From IMG/VR virus record IMGVR_UViG_3300007633_000001: DNA of 54,624 bases; one strand, 5' to 3'. A program made the position numbers and the translations under genes. Positions within the stretch are counted from its first letter, which is position 1; each line of letters begins with the position of its first letter. The notes beneath the pieces were generated by a model that worked only from the letters and a program-made list of their open reading frames with translations, had not been told where the DNA came from and did not search any database. Source of the stretch: an uncultured virus (IMG/VR IMGVR_UViG_3300007633_000001). Lineage: Duplodnaviria > Heunggongvirae > Uroviricota > Caudoviricetes. Shown piece after piece: positions 38,811-48,599 of this stretch.

Positions 38811-39060
38811 CATCTTATTAATTTTACTTTTATAATTAAGGGTTTTAATTTCTTATAGTCATATAAATATTTTTAATATAAATGAAGAATAAATGATGAC
38901 AATTATTTTAAGAGTAAAAAATAGTTGACGTACACCTTTATAGAAACCTGTAGAGGACAGTGATAATAAAACTGCTAATCATTATTTATATATAGAATAT
39001 TGATAATATATAATAACCTGAGTCCAAATTAATGATGTTTATCAAGACCCTATATATATA

Positions 39061-39846
39061 ATGACTATTACAGTTGATAATTATCTCAAAGTAAATGATG
39101 TAAAAAGAAAGCCTCTAATATCTTCAGATTATATTGAAGGTAAAGGTGATTTAATTGGAAGATTGAATGACAAAAAAGATTCTTTATTGGATAATGAATC
39201 TAAAGAAGATTGCCCTTTATTACTTAATGTAAGTAATGTTAAGTCTACGTCCAAAGTTAATGGATGTCCAATTCATTCAGATACTACTAAACCAAATAAG
39301 GTTGATAAGTCTAATATTGTAGAGATTAATTTTTATCACGCTCTTACTGAACTAAGAGCAGATCTTTCCATTTTACATTCTTATATACAGGAAGCTCAAT
39401 TTGACAATAAAGTTAAAGAGACATGGATATCGTTATGTGAATGGATAGCAGATTTTTCTTTTTCACTAGGAAGGTATGTAGCTTTAAAAGGAAAAACTAA
39501 ACATAAAGCACCTTTAAGAGATATCAACGAAATGGTTAGAGTCATTGATCATTGTAAGGAAGTGACTGGCGATTGTGAGAATTTCTTATATCATAAACAT
39601 GAAGATATCAGTTTAATTAATAAAGTACTAATCAAAATTAGGAAATTAGAAAGTCATTATGAGTTCTGGGTTTTATCTAATAAAGAAGAGATGAAATCTT
39701 TAGGAGATGCTTGTGATTGGCAGTTATTGTTGAATAGATTATCTTCTATGGTTTTCTGGATGTTAAGGAGAAAATATTTGGAAGATGATATAAAAGAATC
39801 TCAATGGTCAGGCTCAGTTAGAAAACTAAGTATTGATTTGATATAA
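39061..39846 (+). CDS. PduO-type cob(I)alamin adenosyltransferase-like protein (divergent)
   Basis: Helical pattern ALTELRADLS, FSFSLG, IRKLE and LLNRLSSMVFWMLR (family NRLSDxLFxxAR); directly upstream of a B12-dependent RNR. Confidence 0.6.
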   Translation: MTITVDNYLKVNDVKRKPLISSDYIEGKGDLIGRLNDKKDSLLDNESKEDCPLLLNVSNVKSTSKVNGCPIHSDTTKPNKVDKSNIVEINFYHALTELRADLSILHSYIQEAQFDNKVKETWISLCEWIADFSFSLGRYVALKGKTKHKAPLRDINEMVRVIDHCKEVTGDCENFLYHKHEDISLINKVLIKIRKLESHYEFWVLSNKEEMKSLGDACDWQLLLNRLSSMVFWMLRRKYLEDDIKESQWSGSVRKLSIDLI

Positions 39847-39936
39847 ATTGATTAATATATATGTATATATTTATACATAGTTTAGGATATTGATAGATAA
39901 AAGGAGCTTAGAATAAAATAAGAGAATATATCGTAT

Positions 39937-42312
39937 ATGAAGGAAAGAATACAGTTCAATGCAATAGGAGATATTGTTGACGTTAGAACTTATAGAAGAT
40001 GGTTACCCACAGAAAGTAGAAGAGAGACTGCTAAAGAATCATTCGATAGAGTAGTAAATTATAGTGTTAATCTATCATCTGGTCTAGAATCTGAAGAAGA
40101 TATTGAAAGGGAAAGAGCCTTAATGACCGAGAAGATTTATGCTTTGAAGATACTGCCTAGCAATAGAGCTAGATGGGCTGCTGGTACATCTACTATTGAT
40201 AAGAATGCTCTATGTGCTTTTAATTGTTCTTTCATAGCAATCAATAGATTAACTGCTTTCACTGAATTATTTGAAGCTTTGATGTTAGGTACTGGTGTTG
40301 GTTTTAGAGTCTTTGAAAGAGATATAAATCAATTGCCTAAATTATCTACCGTACGTCACAATTATGAATTAGAGTTTAAACCATACAATGATCTGTCTAG
40401 TGACAAAAGAGTAGAACATACTTTTACAAATTATCATCAAGCAGATAATGGTGATAATATAATGGAGATTGTTGTAGGTGATTCCAAAAGAGGTTGGGTA
40501 GATGCAGTAGGTGAGTTGATAAACTTGGCTCATAATACTAATAAAAAGGTAGATAGAGTTATTTACAATATGAACTCTATCAGACCAGAAGGAGAAAGAT
40601 TGGTGACTTTTGGAGGTAGAGCTTCGGGACCAAAACCATTAATACAAGCCATAAAGAATATTAGTGATGTATTAAAAGAAGTACCTACTTCCTCAGAAAG
40701 ATTACGATCTATAGATTGTATGGATATTAGTTGTGCTATAGCTCAAGCTGTAGTAGTAGCTAGTATTAGAAGAAGTTCGTTAATCTGTTTATTCGATCAT
40801 GGAGACACCTTATGTAGTACAGCGAAGAAAGATCTATTTACTGATCCTATATTAAATAGTAAAAAGATATATAGAGTTCAGTCAAATAATACTGAATGTA
40901 TGGGCTCAAAGGGATGGGAAGAGTTAGTTCAGTATTTAGAGAATAATAGAGATTGTACTAAAGAGGACGTATTACCTATATTTAATAAATATGCTCCTTC
41001 TAAAGCAGAGATTAATGACTGTATGAAGAGTATAGAAGTAAATGGTGAGCCTGGTATTGAACACTATTTATTTATGGTATGGAAGAAGTTCGAAGCTGTA
41101 AGACAATGGAGAGATAGCTCAACTAATCTAAGAGATTATTTAGATGTTGGCAGTAATCCGTGTCATGAAATAATCCTATCAGCCGGAGTAAATGGTGGTA
41201 AAGGTGGTGGTGTATGCAACTTATCTACTCAAGCTATACCTAAGTTTGTTAGAGGGGAAGACGATATTGACTTAGAAGATCTAGAAATATGTACTCGTCT
41301 TATAACTCGTATAGGTGTTAGACAAACATTAGTTAGTCTACCTTGGAAAGATTGGGATGATACCCAGAAAGCTGAAAGGTTATTAGGAGTATCGTTAACA
41401 GGCTGGCAGGATGCTATGAGTTTATTAAACTGGAATACTAATGGTGAGAAAGCTAGTAGGGTTAGAAAAGCTATTAGAGAGTGGGCCAATGATGAAGCTA
41501 CTAATTACTCTCAAAAATTAGGTATTCCAAGACCCTTATTAGTTACTACTGTAAAACCTGAAGGTACAGCTAGTCTAGTATTAAGTTGTTCAAGCGGATT
41601 ACATTGGGATTGGGCCAGTCATTATTTCCGTAGAATGCGTATATCTGGGAAAGATGCTTTAGCTCTTACTTTAAGAGATATGGGATATAACATTTATCCT
41701 GAGATTACAGCTAAGAATATAAATGAATCTCTTGCTTCTTGTGACTCTATAGATATAAAGGACTTAGATTCTAAATCGGTCTTTGATAAGATTGAATTAT
41801 ATGAATCTTTATCTTTAGAAGAGAGAAAGATTGTATTAGATAACTCTGACACTTGGGTCATAGACTTCCCTATGGTCAGCCCTACTAAGGTTAGTGCGGG
41901 TTCTGTAGATGCAATTACTCAGTTAGAAAATCTTAGAAACTTTTCTGTTGAATATACAGACCATACACCGTCTGTAACCATTTCAGTTAAAAGCTCTGAA
42001 TGGGAACAAGTAGCTAATTGGCTATATCAGAATTGGAATGAAGGCTTTATTACTGCTGCTTTCTTAGCTTACTTTGAAAGTACTTATCCTTTATTACCTA
42101 TTCAGGTTAGTACTGAAGGAAAAGTAATGGAGGCTTTAGCTAATCTCCCTCAATCTAACATTGAATATTTAGATGATGGTAAGTATAGATTTAAGGTTGA
42201 CTATGATCTTCTGTCAAAGTATGAAAAGCAATTGGATATGGAGGGAACAGACGTAGAAGAATTAACTTTAAGTGTCTCATCGTGTGAGACTGGAATGTGT
42301 CCAGTTAGATAA
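39937..42312 (+). CDS. nrdJ: Class II adenosylcobalamin-dependent ribonucleoside-triphosphate reductase (monomeric type)
   Basis: RTYRR, FNCSF, LMLGTGVG, GDSKRGW, FGGRASGP, NPCHEI, CNL, TVKPEGT and C-terminal CETGMCPVR. Confidence 0.95.
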   Translation: MKERIQFNAIGDIVDVRTYRRWLPTESRRETAKESFDRVVNYSVNLSSGLESEEDIERERALMTEKIYALKILPSNRARWAAGTSTIDKNALCAFNCSFIAINRLTAFTELFEALMLGTGVGFRVFERDINQLPKLSTVRHNYELEFKPYNDLSSDKRVEHTFTNYHQADNGDNIMEIVVGDSKRGWVDAVGELINLAHNTNKKVDRVIYNMNSIRPEGERLVTFGGRASGPKPLIQAIKNISDVLKEVPTSSERLRSIDCMDISCAIAQAVVVASIRRSSLICLFDHGDTLCSTAKKDLFTDPILNSKKIYRVQSNNTECMGSKGWEELVQYLENNRDCTKEDVLPIFNKYAPSKAEINDCMKSIEVNGEPGIEHYLFMVWKKFEAVRQWRDSSTNLRDYLDVGSNPCHEIILSAGVNGGKGGGVCNLSTQAIPKFVRGEDDIDLEDLEICTRLITRIGVRQTLVSLPWKDWDDTQKAERLLGVSLTGWQDAMSLLNWNTNGEKASRVRKAIREWANDEATNYSQKLGIPRPLLVTTVKPEGTASLVLSCSSGLHWDWASHYFRRMRISGKDALALTLRDMGYNIYPEITAKNINESLASCDSIDIKDLDSKSVFDKIELYESLSLEERKIVLDNSDTWVIDFPMVSPTKVSAGSVDAITQLENLRNFSVEYTDHTPSVTISVKSSEWEQVANWLYQNWNEGFITAAFLAYFESTYPLLPIQVSTEGKVMEALANLPQSNIEYLDDGKYRFKVDYDLLSKYEKQLDMEGTDVEELTLSVSSCETGMCPVR

Positions 42313-42459
42313 GTAAGAGTACTAATAAATAAGACTTACATCTTATCAAATAACTTTTATAGTATAGATAGAATTATTTTTAATTCACTCTATACTTTTA
42401 TTTATTTTTATAGTTATTGATTTTATTAAATTAATAATTAAGCATAAAATATAATTTAG

Positions 42460-43041
42460 ATGATATCTCTTCAAGTAAGAAAGAAAGATCTAGCTGTACC
42501 TTTAAATGTTCCAAATGATAAAACATTATTAACTAATAATATAAAGACTAAACCAGGTAAACCACATCCTGAGCAAGTCAAATCTTTATTAGTTAGAAAG
42601 TATAGTAACAAAGATAAGCTTGATGTATGGTTTAAGTTTATATCTACTTCTTCTACCAACTCCTTAGTATTTTATACAAATACTTTAAGAGCCTTATGGG
42701 GTGATCTATATGGAACTAACAAGTCAGGTTCCCCCAAACAATTCTCATCTTTAATGGACCGTATAAACACTAACAAAGCTGTTAATGGTTGGGTAGTCTA
42801 TAGAGTCAGTGAGGATACTAAAGACATTAAAGATGCTAATTGGGAATTTTATAAAGTATTGACATCCCAAAAGATTATATACATTAGGACTTCTAATATG
42901 AATTCTTTTGTAGGTGGCTTTTTAAATACTGGATATCATGCAAATGGTTGTGCTAAGAAAGTTACAACTTATTGGGACTTAGCTAAAGGCAAGAGGGATA
43001 AATTCAGTCCTGTTAGTGGGTGGTTTGTTAAAGCCTTATAA
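42460..43041 (+). CDS. Hypothetical basic protein
   Basis: 193-aa ORF. Confidence 0.6.
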   Translation: MISLQVRKKDLAVPLNVPNDKTLLTNNIKTKPGKPHPEQVKSLLVRKYSNKDKLDVWFKFISTSSTNSLVFYTNTLRALWGDLYGTNKSGSPKQFSSLMDRINTNKAVNGWVVYRVSEDTKDIKDANWEFYKVLTSQKIIYIRTSNMNSFVGGFLNTGYHANGCAKKVTTYWDLAKGKRDKFSPVSGWFVKAL

Positions 43042-43062
43042 AAACAATATTTAATTTTAATT

Positions 43063-43251
43063 ATGGAAAACTTTGATATAAAGGATCAACACACTATTAA
43101 ATCTGACTATATTCAAGATGTTACTGACGAATCAATAGAATCAAATAGACAAGAGCTAAAAGAAGAAGAAGAGGCAGAAAAGATAGAGGAAATGAATAGG
43201 CCTTTAGAATCAGAAATATTATTTGTAAGAAGGCTAAATAGAATTAACTAA
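43063..43251 (+). CDS. Small acidic hypothetical protein
   Basis: 62-aa ORF. Confidence 0.5.
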   Translation: MENFDIKDQHTIKSDYIQDVTDESIESNRQELKEEEEAEKIEEMNRPLESEILFVRRLNRIN

Positions 43252-43338
43252 AATCCTTAAATATTTATGTATTTATGTATTTATATTTTTAAAACTATAT
43301 TTGTAAAATAGAACTTTGTAATAAAAGAGAAGCTGACA

Positions 43339-44796
43339 ATGGCAAAGAATATAGGAAGTATTACTATCTTTGAATTAGGTAATCAACTACCTTTATTGTA
43401 TAAACTTAGGGAACCACTAATTGTTACTGGACCTGTAGGTATAGGTAAAACTGAAGTTATAAGATCTTTTACTAAGAACAATGATCTAGAGCTAACTATA
43501 TTTACTTTATCTAATATGGATACACCTGACATTAGAGGGTTAGTATCGTTAGATGAAAGTACCAATAGGATGGTATGGTATCCACCAGTAGGACTACCAT
43601 ATTCAGACAATACTCATATGACTAATTCTTTATTTAATCTTGCTGAATATCTTATTAATACTAAAGAGAGTAACAGTCTAATAAATAATTCTTTTAAAGA
43701 TATTGATATAGAGGATTTATTTACTATTCAAACTGATACGGAGTTCAAGACTTGGATTGATAAATGGTCAAGTAAATCAAGCACTAGCAAGAAAGCTTTT
43801 AAATATATTTCATTTTTACTAAAGAACAAGTTTCCAATTCTCTATAATATCCACAACACAAAGACCAAAGAGAATAGTTTACACAAAGGTGGAATCATTC
43901 TATTAGACGAGATGAAAGCTGCTTCTCCTCATATGCAGATTACTGCTAACCAACTCCTTTTAGAAAGATGTATAGGAGAATATAAACTTCCAGATAACTG
44001 GGTTGTATGGGCCACTGGTAATAATATAGAAGATGGTATGATTGCTTATGATAATGCTGCTAGTGATGACCGTATGACTCATTACAGAGTTAAGGTTGAT
44101 GTAGAGAGTTTTATTAATTGGGGTGTAGATAATAATATACATCCATCTATCCTAACGTTTTTAAAAGCTCATCCTGAGTATGTACATTTTCAGCAAGCTC
44201 AGCTTTTAGCTAATAAATCCTCCTCTTCAGGAGATGAATACTTTGGACCTACACCTAGATCATGGGCTGTAGTATCCAAGATGATATATGAGATTAATAT
44301 TGAGGATATTAATAGATACACAACTTCTATCGTTGGACGTTTAGGATTGTTATGTACAAGAGCTTTTATAAGTAGTCTAAAAGAGTCAGAGAAGCTTCCT
44401 AATATAGAAGATCTACTAAAGATACCTATTGATAAGAAGGAGCAGATTAACAGGCTATTGCCGGTAACTCAGATATCTTTATGGACTTTCATGTATTCAT
44501 TAATGCAATATTTGAATTCTACTGAAAATGTAATAAAGATAATAAATATTCTTAATCTACTAACCAAACCGTTAGATGGTTGTAGTAGAGAAGATATTAG
44601 GCATACTGGGATGTTAATTCTTACTAAGAAGTTTGTTAATTTAGATTATCAAGATGATAAAGGAATAGGTGATTTTAATAATTTATTAGATGCTTGGGCC
44701 GATATTACTTGTTCTGAACCATATAGGGAATATAAAAGTTCTGACTCATTTAAGGTGGTACAAAAGATGTTAAATTCTCTTAAGAAACAAAAGTAA
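43339..44796 (+). CDS. MoxR-like/AAA_5 ATPase
   Basis: Walker A GPVGIGKT, DIRGL, Walker B ILLDEM, ATGN and PTPRSW; about 95-aa insertion before Walker B. Confidence 0.9.
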   Translation: MAKNIGSITIFELGNQLPLLYKLREPLIVTGPVGIGKTEVIRSFTKNNDLELTIFTLSNMDTPDIRGLVSLDESTNRMVWYPPVGLPYSDNTHMTNSLFNLAEYLINTKESNSLINNSFKDIDIEDLFTIQTDTEFKTWIDKWSSKSSTSKKAFKYISFLLKNKFPILYNIHNTKTKENSLHKGGIILLDEMKAASPHMQITANQLLLERCIGEYKLPDNWVVWATGNNIEDGMIAYDNAASDDRMTHYRVKVDVESFINWGVDNNIHPSILTFLKAHPEYVHFQQAQLLANKSSSSGDEYFGPTPRSWAVVSKMIYEINIEDINRYTTSIVGRLGLLCTRAFISSLKESEKLPNIEDLLKIPIDKKEQINRLLPVTQISLWTFMYSLMQYLNSTENVIKIINILNLLTKPLDGCSREDIRHTGMLILTKKFVNLDYQDDKGIGDFNNLLDAWADITCSEPYREYKSSDSFKVVQKMLNSLKKQK

Positions 44797-44856
44797 ATTC
44801 ATATATATTAGAATTCAGTAAGTACTTGATAATTAATAAAAATCATTATTTAAAGA

Positions 44857-45321
44857 ATGAAGTATATAAATGAAGAAGCACTAGAGGCTATATTCCCTAA
44901 GATTAGAAGAAGTATAGAGATGATTGATTTAGCTATCAATCAAATTGAAGGTAATCAGAGATCTTCAGTTATAACCTCAGCCATTAACTATTTAAGTCAA
45001 CTGATTCAATTAGTCTTACCCAACTCTATAAGTTCTATACCTGATAGTAATAGAATAAAGTTCAAATGGTTTAAAGAAGAGTACCAATTGGAATTAGAAG
45101 TTATACCAGATAGGCCCAGGTCAGCCTTTCACATTTCTAAAAAGAATAGGGACAAGACGAATATGTGGTTAGTTGATAGCGATGCTAAGGTATTTGAAAC
45201 CATATTCATGTTTCTAATCAGTCCTTATAGTATATGGTTATCTCAAACTGAATCTGAATCTGATTTACCAGTTACTACTAAAAGTCGATATATAGATATA
45301 AACAAACTGCCTCGAAGATAA
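44857..45321 (+). CDS. Hypothetical protein between the AAA and vWA genes
   Basis: 154-aa ORF. Confidence 0.55.
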   Translation: MKYINEEALEAIFPKIRRSIEMIDLAINQIEGNQRSSVITSAINYLSQLIQLVLPNSISSIPDSNRIKFKWFKEEYQLELEVIPDRPRSAFHISKKNRDKTNMWLVDSDAKVFETIFMFLISPYSIWLSQTESESDLPVTTKSRYIDINKLPRR

Positions 45322-45404
45322 GTTCTTTCCTATAAAACTATTGATTTGATTAATACATCTATATTCAAGTATCAACATTTATAAAAGTTAGAAACAATCA
45401 TTTT

Positions 45405-46940
45405 ATGGATAGGATTGAAGCTCAAGCAAAAGTAAATGAATTGAGTCGTATAAGATTTGTTTTATACAGTACATTACCTGATATTAGCTATGCTTTAAGT
45501 TTTGTAAGAATAATCCCTCAGAGTTCTTTCAGTGGTTCGATAAAAGTAATTAGAAGTAATATTTTAGTAGGTGAAGCCTTTTGGGATTATGATCTTAGAA
45601 CTAAGTTAGGGGCTATAGTACATGGTTTCTTCCATATAAGTCTAAGACATACTTCTAGAGTAAAGAGGCTTGGAATTAGATATTATGAAGTAGGAAATAT
45701 AGCTAGTGATTTAGTAGTAAATAATATAATCGACCGAATTGTTAATACAGATGGAGCTGCTTTAAGTCTACCTAAAGATACTATCCACTATATGGACTTA
45801 ATTGAAGAAAAAGATTTAATACATAAATCTTTTAACAATTGGTCTTTAGAAGAAACTATAAGCTACTTGTTTGATCATTACGTGGATGAAAATGAAACAT
45901 TACAAACTATAACTCTATCTTCAGATTCAGATTCTGGTCTCACCGAAGGAACTTCACGAGGGGAGTGGCAGGGGGACAATGAGGAAGAGATAGATAGTGA
46001 GGATAACGCAGAAGAGTATAGAGCTGACAGTTCAGATAATTCTGATGAAGAAGATAACTCCGATAGTTCTCTCCAGACTGAGGAAAGGATACAGGAACAA
46101 GATAAGGGTGAGGTTGTAGAAGATGGAAGTGAAAAGGAATTTAATAGTGATAGTAAGAGAAATAAGTTACCTAAGAATTATGCTTTAGGTGAAGATCTTT
46201 TAGACGAAATAAAAGGTGTTACTTCTTTTAGTGAAAGTGAATCTGATGAGTTTAACGAAGAGCTAGACGAAGAGATTTGGTTAGACAGGTTAAGAAAGGG
46301 GTCTATTATAGCTAAAGATCCTGGTAATAGTTCTTTAGATTTACCGTACTATATAAACGAATTAAGAGAAGAAGTAAGAGGAAAGAAGTCAAATAAATAT
46401 TTAAGTGTATTAAGGAAGTATTTGGTAAATAGTTTAGTTAATTCTTCTAATCAAGATTGGGGAAGATTAAGTCGTAGATCTTTATCTAATAAAGGTAAAG
46501 GATTTCTGACACCTGGCTTTAGAAAAGATGAAAGGATAAAGCACATTTGCCTAGCTGTTGATAGGAGTGGTTCTACTGAGGACGAAATTCCTTTCTTGCT
46601 AAGAGAAGTAGATAACATTAGACTATCTATTAGCTGTGATATTACATTTATAGTATTTGATCATGAAATAAAGGAAGAAACATTTATACCTTTTGATGAT
46701 AGTAAGGATCTTATTAATTTATTAGAAGAAAGGAATGTGAAGTTATCTGGTGGAGGTGGTACTTCTTTTATACCTGTACAGAATAGAATGAAAGAGCTAG
46801 GTTCAGAAATCAATATTATAATAACTGATCTTTATGGTCCTTACCTTTCTAAAGAAGAGTGGGATAAAGATAAATTACTAATTTGGGTTAAACCTGAAGA
46901 TTCAGGAGAATGTGATTATGGTTTGACTATAAATATATAA
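45405..46940 (+). CDS. DUF2201-type metallopeptidase-like + vWA domain protein
   Basis: HGFFHISLRH, NIASDLVVN, acidic linker, MIDAS DRSGS, GGGGTSF and ITD. Confidence 0.85.
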   Translation: MDRIEAQAKVNELSRIRFVLYSTLPDISYALSFVRIIPQSSFSGSIKVIRSNILVGEAFWDYDLRTKLGAIVHGFFHISLRHTSRVKRLGIRYYEVGNIASDLVVNNIIDRIVNTDGAALSLPKDTIHYMDLIEEKDLIHKSFNNWSLEETISYLFDHYVDENETLQTITLSSDSDSGLTEGTSRGEWQGDNEEEIDSEDNAEEYRADSSDNSDEEDNSDSSLQTEERIQEQDKGEVVEDGSEKEFNSDSKRNKLPKNYALGEDLLDEIKGVTSFSESESDEFNEELDEEIWLDRLRKGSIIAKDPGNSSLDLPYYINELREEVRGKKSNKYLSVLRKYLVNSLVNSSNQDWGRLSRRSLSNKGKGFLTPGFRKDERIKHICLAVDRSGSTEDEIPFLLREVDNIRLSISCDITFIVFDHEIKEETFIPFDDSKDLINLLEERNVKLSGGGGTSFIPVQNRMKELGSEINIIITDLYGPYLSKEEWDKDKLLIWVKPEDSGECDYGLTINI

Positions 46941-47016
46941 TTAGGATTTGTTTCTGCTTTTAATATATAGTCTAGTACTTCTTTTTTAATCTGAAGATCA
47001 AGCATAACATAACATT

Positions 47017-47241
47017 TTATTGGTCTTTCACTAGTTCTATAAAGTCTTTTTCAGCTTTATATGGACTGGATTTGTCTTCGGTGCTTAGATCGGAATATTC
47101 TGTGCAGGTAGTAATATAAGTGTCTTTATCCGGATTATACTTTGTTATTAAAACAAGCTTTTCATATTTTGTTCTTAAAGTATATGAGGGGTCTCTCATA
47201 GCATTAAACTCACTAATATCTAAATTTGTAATTGGCAACAT
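47017..47241 (-). CDS. HicB-like small protein
   Basis: YNPDKDTYITTCTEYSDLS....PYKAEKDFIELV resembles the HicB N-terminal fold; no DNA-binding domain. Confidence 0.4.
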   Translation of the reverse strand: MLPITNLDISEFNAMRDPSYTLRTKYEKLVLITKYNPDKDTYITTCTEYSDLSTEDKSSPYKAEKDFIELVKDQ

Positions 47242-47287
47242 GTTATTTTATATAGTAAATGACTGTTTTATAAAGTTATAAGAGTAA

Positions 47288-48388
47288 TTAAGAAAGGCTA
47301 TATACATACCCTCCTGCAAAAGTTTCTATTGATTTATTACCTGGCATATTAGCTGTTAACTCTCCATAAGTAAAATAAATAGTCGAGTTAAAGTGAATTC
47401 TAACACTTGGTCCTTGGGCAGTACCACTAAAAGCAGATATTCCAGACCCCGGGGAGGTCACACCTATATATCCTCCATTATGAGCTTGTAAAACCGAGTT
47501 ACCTCCTGATGTATTAGGATCATTAGGGAATCCACAAACAATGGAATCAAAGTGTGAAGTTCCGACTAAACCAATTATAGAGCTATGTCCTGCATTTATA
47601 CATCTCCAACATACACCTGCAAATGTACAGTCATTACAATTTATAGTAGAAGATCGAACAGCATGAATTAGCATAGGATAAAAACTTGACCTGGGCGCAT
47701 CGTCTTGATAAAATCTACATTTACTAAATCCTATTGCTGATGAATGATCTCCCCCGACACAATAGGCGTAATCAATAGCTTCTATTGTAAAATCAGAAAA
47801 AGTGAAACGAGTCATGTATCCTGATCCAGCAATTGTAAATTGATCTTGAATTCGAGACGGTAACCCATCTCGAATTGTACAATTGTTTCTGTTTTTACTT
47901 ATACATGATATACTACAATGTCTGGGATATGCTAAAGAGTGTTCTTTTAACTGTACACCGGCATATACGCCATCATCCACAAGAATTGTTATGTTGTCAG
48001 TCCAGGGATTGATTGATTTAAGAGAACAAACGTAATCTACTGCTTTCTGCAAAGTTTCAAAAGCAGTAGTCAAACTTTTACCATCATTGTTATCATCGCC
48101 TTTATTAGAGACATATACTACTAAGTGACCTGAGAAGGTTTCTTTATATTCTTCGAACCATAATTCTATCCAATTACTGCCATCCCACCTCTCAATGGTC
48201 TTTTTAGTGCTGTTATATCCTGTATATCCTGTATGCTTTACTCCCAATGTTTGACCATCAACACCGGTTGTAGGTGAGGTAGTCCATATATTAATACCAC
48301 CATTATTAGAATCTATGAACTGCCCTATATGATGATTTAGCGAATCATGCCAGGGATAGGTATATCTGCTTGGTGCTCCAAATGTCAT
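47288..48388 (-). CDS. Tail spike/fibre-like protein with beta-helix C-terminus
   Basis: N-terminus shared with 51817..52455. VYVSNKGDDNNDG...AFETLQKA and DDGVY lead into a pectin-lyase-like region. Confidence 0.7.
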   Translation of the reverse strand: MTFGAPSRYTYPWHDSLNHHIGQFIDSNNGGINIWTTSPTTGVDGQTLGVKHTGYTGYNSTKKTIERWDGSNWIELWFEEYKETFSGHLVVYVSNKGDDNNDGKSLTTAFETLQKAVDYVCSLKSINPWTDNITILVDDGVYAGVQLKEHSLAYPRHCSISCISKNRNNCTIRDGLPSRIQDQFTIAGSGYMTRFTFSDFTIEAIDYAYCVGGDHSSAIGFSKCRFYQDDAPRSSFYPMLIHAVRSSTINCNDCTFAGVCWRCINAGHSSIIGLVGTSHFDSIVCGFPNDPNTSGGNSVLQAHNGGYIGVTSPGSGISAFSGTAQGPSVRIHFNSTIYFTYGELTANMPGNKSIETFAGGYVYSLS

Positions 48389-48599
48389 AATTTATTAATT
48401 TAATATATTAATTTACTATTTATAATTTTATATTTCTAATATAAAGCAAAACTATTCAGTTATAGTGTACTATAATTTTCTACTATTAGACTTTAGTATT
48501 AAATTGTTTAATCTTATACTTTAGATAGTTATTAAATTTATCTATTATTAAATTAGTATTTTTTATTAGCTAAAGTTATAGTAAGGTTACAGTAACTAG

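Noticed and set aside
7209..38870. T4-type late promoters TATAAATA
   Set aside because: Several matches exist, but they are expected by chance at this AT content and no gp55-like sigma is in the window.
38737..39060. Cobalamin riboswitch upstream of the PduO-like/nrdJ genes
   Set aside because: No B12-box or conserved core is recognisable and the region is very AT-rich. An Infernal search would settle it.
39937..44796. Inteins or introns in nrdJ or the AAA ATPase
   Set aside because: ORFs are continuous, and I saw no C/S...HN-C/S/T splice junction pattern or LAGLIDADG motifs.
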